22,392 nt of DNA from a virus (Duplodnaviria > Heunggongvirae > Uroviricota > Caudoviricetes), in the IMG/VR virus record IMGVR_UViG_3300006099_000006, positions 1-22,392 of that record; one strand, written 5' to 3'. Numbering within the stretch: the stretch's first letter is position 1; every line of letters begins with the position of its first letter. Made by a program: the position numbers and the translations under genes. Shown in pieces: positions 11,401 to 18,289 of this stretch. The notes beneath the pieces are model-generated. The model saw only the letters and a list, made by a program, of their open reading frames with translations, was not told the DNA's origin and did no database searches.

Positions 11401-11898
11401 CGGAAGCTCGGCAATTTTGCCGGTCTTGGTCTTGTGAATGGTTTGACCGACTATGCCGATAAGTCCTACTCTGCCGGGGCCAATGTGGCGGATCGCGCTA
11501 CGGATGGCCTTTCCAACGCAATTTCTACTATGTCCGACTTGGTCAACGGCGAATTTGACATGCAGCCGACGATTCGGCCTGTGTTGGATTTCTCCAATGT
11601 CTCCAGAGGAGCCAATGAACTCGATGGGTTCTTCAACTCCGCAAGGACGGTGGCTCTCGCCGGACAAACCAGTCTGGCCTTTAATGCCACCATGGACAAG
11701 GAGAGCATGACTGTCACCGTAGACAACGACGGTGTTGTGCAGGAACTGCGCTCTCTGCGCGGCGAAATGGGTGAAATGATGGCCCGTCTGGAACGGATGC
11801 AGGTCGTCTTGGACACCGGTACTCTGGTTGGCGAAATGGCCGATCCGTTGGATGCTGCCCTTGGGCAGAAACAGACTTATAGGGGAAGGGGGATTTAG
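2437..11898 (+). CDS. Tape measure protein, 3153 aa
   Basis: N-terminal tape-measure domain (LDELNKYSDRTIYSFSDMTQNIGKF...AQALSAGYVKLIDWKSIENA), long Ala/Gly-rich amphipathic helical repeats, HSPSR motifs near the C-terminus, and position directly upstream of the distal tail gene. Confidence 0.95.
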   Translation: MSKTIDERVVEMRFDNKQFESGVQTSLSTLDKLKKGLDLDGAAKGFDQLSAAAKKCDMSAIGRSVETVQAKFSAFEVVAMTALSNITNSAVNAGKRLLSSLTIEPISTGFNEYELKMGSIQTIMASTGESLDKVNQKLDELNKYSDRTIYSFSDMTQNIGKFTNAGVKLDDAVAAIQGVSNVAAVSGANANEASRAMYNFAQALSAGYVKLIDWKSIENANMATVEFKTQLLESAVAAGTLTRTADGMYKTLEKGTVIDATHMFNDSLQEQWMTTEVLTETLKDYADETTEIGKKAFAAAQDVKTWSQLLDTLKESAQSGWAETWQLVAGDYEEAKTTLRTFSEFFSSIIDGSAEARNSLLEGALMSSWGQIKSRVNETGTSVDAFRDTLRETAESSVEGLDKIIEEAGSFDAALSKGWLTTDILSATLDNLVSKAAGTQVSISELSDEQLQNIGYTQEQIDALRALSEEAKSSGSNLASLVSTLGRQSGRELLFDSLLNGAKAVQGLFQTIKGAWQDIFPHTTSEQLYSFIEALHSASEKIRDFFTQAEEGADGFTGAINKPLQDIGNTFKGLFAVLDIVKQAFTAFLRAVSPAGSAVGEILTGVLGLTGSFGEWLSKLDESIKKGDVFYKGLKSIVDIVKGAITAVTGFAAAIGESLGFPGLDSATASVEAFLGTLKGKIGAPGLEKLEAIFDGICTSAKWVKDAIVGMKDGVVDSMGKIDGAVSGNKFVQVLTGIGTFIKQVASAIGGLLGKAIDGLINTLSNADFNGILDFLNALAAGGIIAAIRKFIDPVEELQDTFGSLKDWVKGLGKGVTKILDGVRGSLEAWQTKLKSDALGKIAASIAVLSVSLLVLSSIDSDKVTGSLAAMGTMFAELMVSMAVLDKLSIDGKAANKTASAMIKMGAALLVLSMAMKNLGELEPEQLAAGLVGVGVLLAEIDLFLNTAKFDKNASKAATGMILFAAAIKILSSAVKSLGEMDWDDMAKGLVGVGGLLAEVEIFLNNAKFNGKAVLTATGIVILASAIKVLASACKDFGSMSWGEITKGLVSIAALLVEITVFTKLTGDAKHVISTGVALIEIAAAMKIFASAMADFGSMSGAEIAKGLIAMGGALTEVAIATKLMPKNMIGIGAGLVIVGAALKIVASALGSMGSMSWEGIAKGIVAIGVALAELAIGLNLMNGTLAGSAALLVAAGALAVLTPVLVVLGNMSWESIAKGLITIAGAFTVMGVAGAVLGPLAPSILAISGALALLGVGAVAIGAGLTLIGAGLSSVSVGLVSLAASLASSGTLIVGGLSAIVLGFAGLIPAIAEKIGEAIVAFCGIIANGAPAIGDAVKAVVLTLVDVLVECVPAIADGALQLVTGVLASLVTYTPQIIDSLMQFLIEILEGIARNMPQLIQAAMDVVGAFFAGVLSALSSIDADSLIKGIGAVGLLTALVGALGLVAGLVPAAMVGVLGMGAMITELAIVLAAVGGLAQIPGLEWLISEGGQLLQTIGTAIGGFVGGIVGGFMSGVSSSFPQIGADLSSFMTNVQPFIDGASSISPNMLTGVKALTEAIILITAADLLEGLTSWLTGGSSLSDFAEQLVPFGEAMMKFSNTITGLDGDLVSTAAIAGKTLAEMAATLPNSGGVVGFFAGENDMAEFGNQLVGFGKSMMDFADSIKGLDTEAVQNAAIAGKAMAEMAATLPNTGGAVAFFAGENDMDTFGEQLVPFGKAIKEYSNAVAGLDTDAVVNSATAGKALVELANTVPNTGGAVAFFTGDNDLATFGEQIVVFGNAMKEYSQTVSGLDGDAVANSATAGAALVELANTVPNTGGAVAFFTGDNDLKTFGEQIVPFGESMKAYSDSIAGIDAEAVSASTTAALALAELQSTLPNVGGVVDFFTGGNDLGTFGEGIKTFGEAMNSYGAAVSGIDAEAVTASATAAQALAQLQTSLPNMGGFMSFFTGDNDLSAFAEGIIPFGEAMKSYGQAVSGIDAGAITASAVAAQSLSELQSTLPNVGGVMEFFTGSNDLGKFSEGLIPFGKAMKSYSDSVVGINAEAITASATAAKSLAELQSVLPNVGGVMEFFTGGNDLGTFATGIIPFGAAMKSYGNAVADINAEAITASAIAAQSLAQLQTTLPQIGGVMEFFTGRYDLTAFGEALIPFGEAMHSYGTAVAGIDAGAVANSATAGKALVELANTLPKCGGLAEVFTGSNSLAGFGDEIVQFGKDLSAYANAIKDVKPEAVTASANAAQALSNLATGLPDSSLFDKWFGGDQTLASFGKDISSFGESMGSYYSKVSSIDLTKLSGVVTQVWSLVDLAKGIQGLDTSGFNSFGTALKTMANTGINEFVSAFSNSTTEVNKAVQGMLSSVSTSISNGKTLTTPGIESVMKSLADIVTKKATEINNSVTTMMKGVATTIRNSAPSVQNATRTVFSNAVNVLNGMKGQFENAGQNAGQGFVNGINSKMGASTVAGRNLGLAALNAAKKALDSHSPSREFIYLGENMGEGLAIGAENSIVPASQATSKMIGEVLKVSSKGIEAFQKWAEEKKYYGELSLKDELAGYENLQQKYKAGSEERIKIDREVYRIQNELVASTYQASIDWIEEQKYYNQLSTQEELEAYERMQQRYIEGSEERKKIDREVYALRKQLMDESYQHSMDWIEEEKYYNRMSLSDELAAYKRVQSRYAKGTDERKKMDREVYRLEQEIYEAQKQYIADVQSVQATANQKRLDLEEEYADKVKSINEKLASDIKSLNDKYQSALESRTNSLYQSYGLFDEVKEREEVNGEALMKNLTDQVQEFGEWQDILDSLSARGLDSELIGELQEMGPSAIAELKALNSMSDSELEKYAALWSIKHAQAREQAVGELEGLRIETQNNIAQLRVEAERELDDYRAVWQTKMNQVTIDANAELEQLRKAFGEKVGLIKKDTEKETQEMVDAAQAILQEAGWDETGKQIVTGIKNGVEEEKPAFLDALTQMALEGVQAVKTAWDEHSPSRVFRKLGNFAGLGLVNGLTDYADKSYSAGANVADRATDGLSNAISTMSDLVNGEFDMQPTIRPVLDFSNVSRGANELDGFFNSARTVALAGQTSLAFNATMDKESMTVTVDNDGVVQELRSLRGEMGEMMARLERMQVVLDTGTLVGEMADPLDAALGQKQTYRGRGI
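4942..6156 (+). repeat. About 7 degenerate 56-59-aa hydrophobic repeats in the TMP
   Basis: Recurring pattern AIKIL.SA...LGxMSW..IAKGLV...L.E visible in the translation. Confidence 0.7.
7132..9363 (+). repeat. 12 tandem 62-aa (186-bp) repeats in the TMP
   Basis: Units LPNxGG...FFxGxNDL..FGE...PFG.AM..Y start at 7318, 7504, 7690, 7876, 8062, 8248, 8434, 8620, 8806, 8992 and 9178, plus a degenerate unit at 7132. The period is exactly 186 nt. Segments 7669-7740 and 7855-7926 are 71/72 identical. Confidence 0.92.
10021..10542 (+). repeat. Three 58-aa charged helical repeats in the TMP
   Basis: W(I/A)EExKYY...ELxxY...G(S/T)xERxKxDREVY, with Trp codons at 10030, 10204 and 10378 (174-nt period). 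Confidence 0.85.
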
Positions 11899-11899
11899 T

Positions 11900-12691
11900 A
11901 TGTATCATTCTATCACATTCGGCGAGAAGAACACATGGGATGACTGGCATCTGGTTCCCACTTCCCTGCCTGTTTTCAGCCCTCCGGCACAAAAAGTAAA
12001 GACCCTGGACATTCCCGGTGGGGACGGCGTCATTGATTTGTCGCAAGCCCTCACCGGGTATCCTATTTACCAAAACCGCACAGGCTCCTTTGAGTTCATC
12101 GTTCCGAACGGCTTTGAACCGTGGGAGCCCGGAAGGATCGAGAAGGCCCCTTGGCACTCGGTCTACTCCGAAATCATGGATTATCTCCACGGACAGAAGC
12201 TTCGTGCAGTGCTGGAGGATGATCCCGAGTATTTCTATGAAGGACGGTTCACGGTCAAAGACTGGAAATCGCCGAGGGACTGGTCTCGCATTACCATTGA
12301 CTACGATGTCGGCCCCTATAAGTGGGCAGTTCTGTCATCCACCGATGGATGGCTTTGGGACCCGTTCAACTTTCAAAATGGAGTTATCCGAGTCGCGATT
12401 TTTGCCAACATCCCGGTCACGACTGAAAAGCATGTCATGAACCTGGACGCAGAATTCTTCGGAAGAGCGCCTATCTGCCCTTCTTTCATCGTCAGGACGA
12501 CGGTTGGCCGCGGAATGCATATCCGTTTTGTGAATCCGCGGTTGGGACTGGACACCACTAAGCTTCTTCCTGAGGGGACAAGTCAGATCCCGGAATTTGT
12601 TTTCTTTGGAGAGCAGGGCGCTACCATTTACTTCTGGTGCGATTCTGGAACCGGGAGCGTGTCCGTCAATTTCAGGCAGGGGAGGTTATGA
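11900..12691 (+). CDS. Distal tail (Dit-like) protein, 263 aa
   Basis: Follows the TMP stop by 1 bp. MYHSITFG...LDIPGGDGVIDLSQALTGYPIYQNRTGSFEF resembles siphophage Dit N-termini. The ATG at 11900 is preferred over the ORF-track start at 11828, which overlaps the TMP. Confidence 0.82.
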   Translation: MYHSITFGEKNTWDDWHLVPTSLPVFSPPAQKVKTLDIPGGDGVIDLSQALTGYPIYQNRTGSFEFIVPNGFEPWEPGRIEKAPWHSVYSEIMDYLHGQKLRAVLEDDPEYFYEGRFTVKDWKSPRDWSRITIDYDVGPYKWAVLSSTDGWLWDPFNFQNGVIRVAIFANIPVTTEKHVMNLDAEFFGRAPICPSFIVRTTVGRGMHIRFVNPRLGLDTTKLLPEGTSQIPEFVFFGEQGATIYFWCDSGTGSVSVNFRQGRL

Positions 12692-12694
12692 CCG

Positions 12695-15370
12695 ATGTAT
12701 ACTATTTATGCGGATGGCGTCTGTATCTATAACGATGTCTTTGCGGTCGGCGATATGAAGGTCGTAAATCCCAAACTGGTGATGGAGGATTGCGCGGCAG
12801 GTTCCCTCACGATGGCTCTCCCCCCGTCCAATAAGGCCTATAGCACCATTGCCCGCCTTACCACGGATATTCGGGTGGATAAGGATGGAAAAGAGTTGTG
12901 GTCAGGCCGTGTTCTCTCCGAAAGCAAGGATTTCTGGAACAACCGGATCCTCGTCTGCGAAGGAGAGCTTGCCTTTTTCAACGACAGCACTCAGCCGCCC
13001 AAGGAATATGCGGGGTTGAGTATCCGTGCTTTTATGTCAGACCTGATCGCGGTTCACAATTCCAAGGTTCCTGCCAACCGGCGGTTCGCCATCGGTGCGG
13101 TCACTGTGGAGGATACCGATTTCCCAACCCGTTACACCAATCACGAGAAGACCATCGAGCTGTTCAACGCTCTTGTTGAGCAGTACGGCGGTCATCTTCG
13201 TATCCGAAAGGAAAATGGCGTTCGGTATGTGGACTACCTAAAGGACTATCCGGACACATGCAGCCAGCTGATCCAATTTGGTTCCAACCTGATCGAGTTT
13301 ACCCGGAACTGGGATTCCACGGAGTTTGCGACTGTCCTTGTTCCTTTAGGCGGAAGGCTCGACAAGAGTCCTATCGAGGCATTGGATGCTTATCTGACCG
13401 TGGAGAGCGTGAACAACGGCAGTATGTACATCCAGTCTGACGAAGCAGTAGCCGCGTTTGGATGGATCGAAAAGGTTGTTACCTGGGATCGGGTAACTGA
13501 TCCGGCCGTTCTGCTGAAGAAAGCGAAAGCCTACCTCTCGGATCTCCAGTTCGACAACATGGAGCTGGAGCTGACCGCTCTGGATCTGCATTACTTGGAT
13601 GTGGACTACGAGGCCGTAAAGCTCCTGGATGAAATCCGGGTCATTTCTCGCCCTCATGGTTTGGACAGGCAATTCCCGGTGACCAAGTTGGAGATTCCCC
13701 TTGACAGCCCTGAGAAAACCCAGTTTACGTTGGGCGATTCTGTGAAAACCAATTTAACCAGCGTCAACAACCAAATCAGTTCCGCCATCCTGCAAAAGAT
13801 CGAGGAGCTACCCAAGGCCCACAACATCCTGAAAGAGGCCAAGGACAACGCCACCCAGATCATGAACATGGCTACCACCGGTTACATTACTATCACGAAG
13901 GATGACTACGGCTCGGAAACCCTTTATATTTCAAACACCAGGGACTATACCAAGGCGAACAAGCTCTGGAAATGGAACATGAATGGGCTGGGTTATTCCA
14001 ATGATGGCGGAAAGACCTTTGGATTGGCCATTACCATGGACGGCTCCATTGTGGCTGATTACATCACCACCGGCGTACTTAACGCCAATGTGATCCGAGC
14101 GGGCGTGCTGAAGGACTATGGCGGTAATTTCAGCCTTGACTTTGAGACCGGGAAGCTGGTCATGAAGAGAGGGTCGATTAACCTCGGGAACAACTTCATT
14201 GTTGATGAAGAGGGGAATCTGACGGCTACACGGGGTACATTTGCTGGAACACTGGTTGCCGCGAAGGGTACTTTCGGCGGACAGCTCACGGCTGCTACCG
14301 GTAACTTCAAAGGCGTTGTTCAGGCGGAAGACTTTCTTGACAAGTACGGCAACAGTATGCTGGACCTCGCAAAGCAGAAATTTACCGCCGACTACCTGGA
14401 TCTGTATGGTATTACCATCACCAGCCGGTATGACCGATCTGTCACGTTCAAAGTGGATGGAACCAGCGGCGAGGTCACAATCAACGGGAAAGTGACTATG
14501 GGTGCTGGAAGCTCCATCAACTGGGCGCAGGTTTCAAACCAAAACCTTGGCTACAATCCGGCCTATACCGAAGCAATCAACGCTGGAAATTTGGCGAGCA
14601 ATGCCTATTGGAAAGCTGACGATGCCTATGACGAAGCATCTGCCGCATGGTCACGGGCGAATGACGCCTACTATGAGCGATGCACCGATCAGAATGTGTT
14701 TAACGTCCTGACAAGCGGCGGAACGAAGTTTGGGATATTCAGCGATTCGACCTATGGCCGGTTGTACATCAATGCCAGTTACATCAAGGCCGGAACAATC
14801 GACGCCAACTATGTGGATCTCTCCTGCGGCTATGGAGGATTCTGTAAAGGGCATGGGTATGACGGACAAAGAACTACCTACGGGGCCATGATGTATGGAT
14901 CGAACGGGCCGGGCTGGGAGCCGTATATCATTGTCACAAACGCCGGCGCACGAATGACTGGTCAGGGAGCCTCTATCTGGGTCGGTTATGGCGTGAACGC
15001 TACCGAGGAGATCACCATTAGCTCCGATGCCCGGCTCAAGAATACTATCAGCTACAATCTGGACAAGTACGATGCCTTCTTTATGGCATTGAAACCCACC
15101 CGCTTTAAGTACAATCACGGCGCTTCCGGCCGTCTGCACCTTGGGTTTATTGCTCAGGATGTGGAGAAGGCTCTCTTGGATGCCGGGTTGACTGCGGATG
15201 AGCTGGCCGCCCTGGTGAAGGCCCCTGTTCAGGAAGTGATGGAGGATGGTATCTCCGATTTCCGTTACAGCCTCCGTTATGGAGAGTTCATTGCACTCAA
15301 CACGCACATGATCCAAAAGCTCTACCGTATGGTGAGCGAACTAATTCAACAAAAGGGGGAATCGCGTTGA
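12695..15370 (+). CDS. Tail-associated spike/minor structural protein (Tal-like) with C-terminal Peptidase S74-type intramolecular chaperone
   Basis: Position after Dit. N-terminal WSGRVL...CEGELAFFNDS is typical of phage tail endopeptidase-family baseplate proteins. The central part is Gly/Thr-rich beta repeats. The C-terminal SDARLKN...LGFIAQDVE...LRYGEFIA motif starts at about 15023. Confidence 0.82.
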   Translation: MYTIYADGVCIYNDVFAVGDMKVVNPKLVMEDCAAGSLTMALPPSNKAYSTIARLTTDIRVDKDGKELWSGRVLSESKDFWNNRILVCEGELAFFNDSTQPPKEYAGLSIRAFMSDLIAVHNSKVPANRRFAIGAVTVEDTDFPTRYTNHEKTIELFNALVEQYGGHLRIRKENGVRYVDYLKDYPDTCSQLIQFGSNLIEFTRNWDSTEFATVLVPLGGRLDKSPIEALDAYLTVESVNNGSMYIQSDEAVAAFGWIEKVVTWDRVTDPAVLLKKAKAYLSDLQFDNMELELTALDLHYLDVDYEAVKLLDEIRVISRPHGLDRQFPVTKLEIPLDSPEKTQFTLGDSVKTNLTSVNNQISSAILQKIEELPKAHNILKEAKDNATQIMNMATTGYITITKDDYGSETLYISNTRDYTKANKLWKWNMNGLGYSNDGGKTFGLAITMDGSIVADYITTGVLNANVIRAGVLKDYGGNFSLDFETGKLVMKRGSINLGNNFIVDEEGNLTATRGTFAGTLVAAKGTFGGQLTAATGNFKGVVQAEDFLDKYGNSMLDLAKQKFTADYLDLYGITITSRYDRSVTFKVDGTSGEVTINGKVTMGAGSSINWAQVSNQNLGYNPAYTEAINAGNLASNAYWKADDAYDEASAAWSRANDAYYERCTDQNVFNVLTSGGTKFGIFSDSTYGRLYINASYIKAGTIDANYVDLSCGYGGFCKGHGYDGQRTTYGAMMYGSNGPGWEPYIIVTNAGARMTGQGASIWVGYGVNATEEITISSDARLKNTISYNLDKYDAFFMALKPTRFKYNHGASGRLHLGFIAQDVEKALLDAGLTADELAALVKAPVQEVMEDGISDFRYSLRYGEFIALNTHMIQKLYRMVSELIQQKGESR

Positions 15371-15747
15371 AAAAGCTCTTGAAGAAGAATTCGGAGTTGG
15401 TCGTCATGCTGAATCAACTGGAGCCGATCCTGGCCCAGCGAAACAAGCTTGGCTATGTAGCCGCGCGAAACTTCCGGATTCTCTCTGATACGCTGACTGA
15501 GTACAACCGGTTCAAAATGGAGCTGGTCGAAAAGTACGGCGAGCCGGATAAGGCAGAAGACGGAACCGAGCTGCCTACCGTATCCATCAAAGTCGGTTCC
15601 CCGAACTTCAAGTCGTTCTGCGACGAGATGGCTCCGTACAACAACATGGAGCATGAGGTCGAACTCATGGTTGCCAAGTACGAGGACACCATCGGCGTTC
15701 TCTCTGGCGGGGAAATCGTTGGAATCGACTGGATGCTGGAAGATTAG
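15367..15747 (+). CDS. Conserved-looking phage hypothetical protein following the tail spike, 126 aa
   Basis: TTG start overlapping the upstream stop (TTGA), SD-like AAGGGGGA upstream, helical acidic protein. Function is not determinable from the sequence. Confidence 0.6.
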   Translation: MKKLLKKNSELVVMLNQLEPILAQRNKLGYVAARNFRILSDTLTEYNRFKMELVEKYGEPDKAEDGTELPTVSIKVGSPNFKSFCDEMAPYNNMEHEVELMVAKYEDTIGVLSGGEIVGIDWMLED

Positions 15748-15759
15748 GAGGTGAGCTGA

Positions 15760-17046
15760 TTGGCTGACATTAGCAGCTACCTCCAGAAGATTCTGGAAGC
15801 GATCTATGGTGAAGAGGTGCGTGGGTCTATCCATGACGCCTTGGCGGCCATGAACGTGGAGTCCAATAAGGCCATGGAGTTCGCCTCCACCGCAAAGGAT
15901 TCTGCACAGGCTTCCGCCGCTTTGGCGAGGGATTCTGCGGATACCGCCATCACCAAGGCAAATGAGGTCGTCGAATCGGCAAACGCCGCAAAGCTCTCGG
16001 AAACGAATGCCCGGGATGCTGAAACCAATGCGGTACAGAAGGCCGCCGATGCCGCCGCTTCCGAGGCCGCTGCAAAGCTCTCGGAGACAAACGCCGCGAG
16101 TTCGGAAGCTGCGGCGATTCAAAAGGCATCTGAAGCCGAGGCCGCCAAGAGTGCCGCCGCTCTCAGCGAGACAAGCACATTGGCTGCTGAGGAGCGGACC
16201 AAAACGGTCAAGACCGAGGTCGAGACCATTGCCGCCCAGACTGCCGCCGATAAGGCTGCTGCCGAGGCCGCCAAAGATGCGGCCAAAGGTTCTCAGACTG
16301 CCGCCGCTCTCAGCGCCAGCAGTGCCGCAACCAGTGCGGGAGACGCCGCTGACGCCAAAGATGCCGCGGAAGACGCGCAGGTTGCTGCTGAGGCCGCCAA
16401 GGATGCCGCCGCTGACGCCAAAGATGCCGCGGAAGACGCGCAGGTTGCTGCTGAGGCCTCGAAGGATGCGGCGGCGACTTCGGAAACGAACGCTGCGGCC
16501 AGCGCCGAAACTGCAAAGCAGTATAGCGGTAAGCCCACGAAACCTCAGGATGGTACCTGGTGGGTTTGGGATGCCACACAACAGAAGTATGTTGACACTG
16601 GTATCGCCTGCGATCTGGTTGGCCCCACCGGAAACGGTATTGAGAGCTTCGTTCTGACCAGCGGCGACCATATGCCGGGCTCAACCGATGTGTACACCGT
16701 CACGATGACGGATGGAAGCACAAAAGAGATTTCCGTGTACAACGGCAAAAACGGAACCGGCATCGGTGATGTAGTGGGCATCGCATTCGACATTGAAATA
16801 CCTGCAAGCGGCTGGATCAATGGTAAGGTCACCATTTCGGACAGCCGTTTTATTGCGTCTGCACGCTACAAGTATTTCATCGACACCTACGACGAATGCC
16901 GCGACGAGGTCAAAGAGAGTGTCATCCGCCCGCAGGACATCAAGGCGAACGGCTATCTCACCTTTACTTCGGAGTTCACACCGCTTACCGATGTGACGGT
17001 GAACATCCTTCGGGTGGAAGTCAACGGCAGCGGCGATACACCATGA
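15760..17046 (+). CDS. Ala-rich coiled-coil tail fibre-like protein, 428 aa
   Basis: SD AGGAGGT at about 15747-15753 and TTG start. N-terminus ISSYLQKILEAIYGEEVRGSIHDAL, long A/S/E/K/D heptad stalk, WWVWD...KYVDTGI and GNGIES...YTVTMTDG motifs seen in fibre proteins, then a C-terminal beta domain. Confidence 0.7.
   Translation: MADISSYLQKILEAIYGEEVRGSIHDALAAMNVESNKAMEFASTAKDSAQASAALARDSADTAITKANEVVESANAAKLSETNARDAETNAVQKAADAAASEAAAKLSETNAASSEAAAIQKASEAEAAKSAAALSETSTLAAEERTKTVKTEVETIAAQTAADKAAAEAAKDAAKGSQTAAALSASSAATSAGDAADAKDAAEDAQVAAEAAKDAAADAKDAAEDAQVAAEASKDAAATSETNAAASAETAKQYSGKPTKPQDGTWWVWDATQQKYVDTGIACDLVGPTGNGIESFVLTSGDHMPGSTDVYTVTMTDGSTKEISVYNGKNGTGIGDVVGIAFDIEIPASGWINGKVTISDSRFIASARYKYFIDTYDECRDEVKESVIRPQDIKANGYLTFTSEFTPLTDVTVNILRVEVNGSGDTP
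16345..16470 (+). repeat. 63-bp in-frame tandem duplication (21 aa, three heptads)
   Basis: GCCGCTGACGCCAAAGATGCCGCGGAAGACGCGCAGGTTGCTGCTGAGGCC is identical at 16345-16395 and 16408-16458. Confidence 0.95.
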
Positions 17047-17062
17047 TTCGGGGGTGAGGAGA

Positions 17063-17236
17063 ATGGTGAATGTTGCAAAGGAGCAGATCACCTCCCTGTT
17101 TGTCGGAAAACAGAGTATCAAGACCATCATGGCCGGAACTATACCTGTTTACGACCGTCCGGGTGGGTACGTTTACCTCACCCTGGACACGGAGACCAAA
17201 GGCCAACCATCGCAAATTCAAAATGAAAAGGAGTAA
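17063..17236 (+). CDS. Small hypothetical tail-module protein (about 57 aa)
   Basis: Fills the gap between two genes, and its stop abuts the SD of the next gene. Beta-type pattern ITSLFVGKQSIKTIMAGTIPVY. Start uncertain (17054 GTG or 17063 ATG). Confidence 0.5.
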   Translation: MVNVAKEQITSLFVGKQSIKTIMAGTIPVYDRPGGYVYLTLDTETKGQPSQIQNEKE

Positions 17237-17242
17237 TCGATT

Positions 17243-17914
17243 ATGGCAAGCTTTTTCAATCTTATCCTGGATACCCTGGCCCCTGAGTCCCTCGCCGTCA
17301 AGGTGAATAACGGGGCCCTCTTTACTTCCAGCGTCAGCGCCACCCTGGGCGTGACTATCGACGACACGGACACCACCGGCTATCAGATGAAGATCTGGGG
17401 CGTGGACGGCGTCGCTGCCGAGGAGGACGCCTCCTGGGAGAGCTTCGCCGCATCCAAGGCCATCACTCTGCCCGCCGGCGACGGCCTGAAGACCGTCAAT
17501 GTCAAGGTGCGGGATAACGTCGGCAATGAGACGGCCGCCGAGACCGCCTCCATCACCCTGGTATCCGATGTGCCCGTGGTCACTGTCACCGGCCCCGACA
17601 AGACCACCATCTCCAAGATCAACGGCTTCGACAGCGCTGTCATCTCCTTCATGGCCGACGTGGCCTTCGTAGCCTACAAGGTCTGCGTCGTCCCCGCCGA
17701 GAACAGCCTGGTGGATGCCGGTACGCTCATTGGCGATACCGCCGGCAGTGTGAACACCAGCGGCTCCGCCGCCGAAGGCGAGGAGTTCGCCGCTGACACT
17801 GCAATCAACGTCACCATCAAGGGCGCCGACCTGGAGATTGCCTCCGGCGGCGATGGCACCAAGATCGTCAAGGTGTTTGTCAAGGATGCCCGTGACATCT
17901 GGAGCGTAGCCTGA
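17243..17914 (+). CDS. Two-domain Ig-like/beta-sandwich virion protein, 223 aa
   Basis: SD AAGGAG at 17228-17233. Beta-rich and T/V/A-rich. Internal repeat GDGLKTVNVKVRD / GDGTKIVKVFVKD. Confidence 0.62.
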   Translation: MASFFNLILDTLAPESLAVKVNNGALFTSSVSATLGVTIDDTDTTGYQMKIWGVDGVAAEEDASWESFAASKAITLPAGDGLKTVNVKVRDNVGNETAAETASITLVSDVPVVTVTGPDKTTISKINGFDSAVISFMADVAFVAYKVCVVPAENSLVDAGTLIGDTAGSVNTSGSAAEGEEFAADTAINVTIKGADLEIASGGDGTKIVKVFVKDARDIWSVA

Positions 17915-18285
17915 TGGGAGCACCGAACCTGACTTTCTCCGTCACCGGGAACAAGCTCTCCGCGGTTAGCGGGTTCGACAAAATCACTGTGTCCTTTCAG
18001 ACGGACGCACCGTACAAAGCATTCGAGTGCCGCGCGACAAAGTCAGGGGAGGCATGGGGAAGGGGGAAGGGCTCGCTGGTTGCGTCCTTCTCCCAAACCC
18101 CGGCAGACACCCCCCGGCAGTTCGACATCTTTGACGAGTATCTGCTGAACGGGGATGGCGAGTACCGGATCGGCCTCTATGTCCAGGGGGAGGACGGAGC
18201 TTGGAATGACAACTGCGGTTTCGTTCCCTCCGGCTCCTCCGGATTGAGGACGGCTGACGGGAAGATATTTATGTGCATGAGGTGA
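17914..18285 (+). CDS. Single beta-sandwich protein, paralogous to domain 2 of the upstream gene, 123 aa
   Basis: TGATG coupling. LSAVSGFDKITVSFQTDAPY...GDGEYRIGLYVQ...W matches ISKINGFDSAVISFMADVAF...GDGTKIVKVFVK...W. Confidence 0.6.
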   Translation: MGAPNLTFSVTGNKLSAVSGFDKITVSFQTDAPYKAFECRATKSGEAWGRGKGSLVASFSQTPADTPRQFDIFDEYLLNGDGEYRIGLYVQGEDGAWNDNCGFVPSGSSGLRTADGKIFMCMR

Positions 18286-18289
18286 GCAT

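Noticed and set aside
3364-11816. Numerous minus-strand and alternative-frame ORFs inside the TMP (for example 4632-6395, 7318-8235)
   Set aside because: Shadows of a long repetitive coding sequence with no independent start signals or motifs.
11828-11899. Upstream start for the distal tail gene
   Set aside because: It overlaps the TMP by 71 bp. The ATG at 11900 follows the TMP stop and a purine-rich SD.
15962-16657. 231-aa Arg/Pro-rich alternative-frame ORF
   Set aside because: Frame-shifted reading of GCC-rich Ala codons in the fibre gene.
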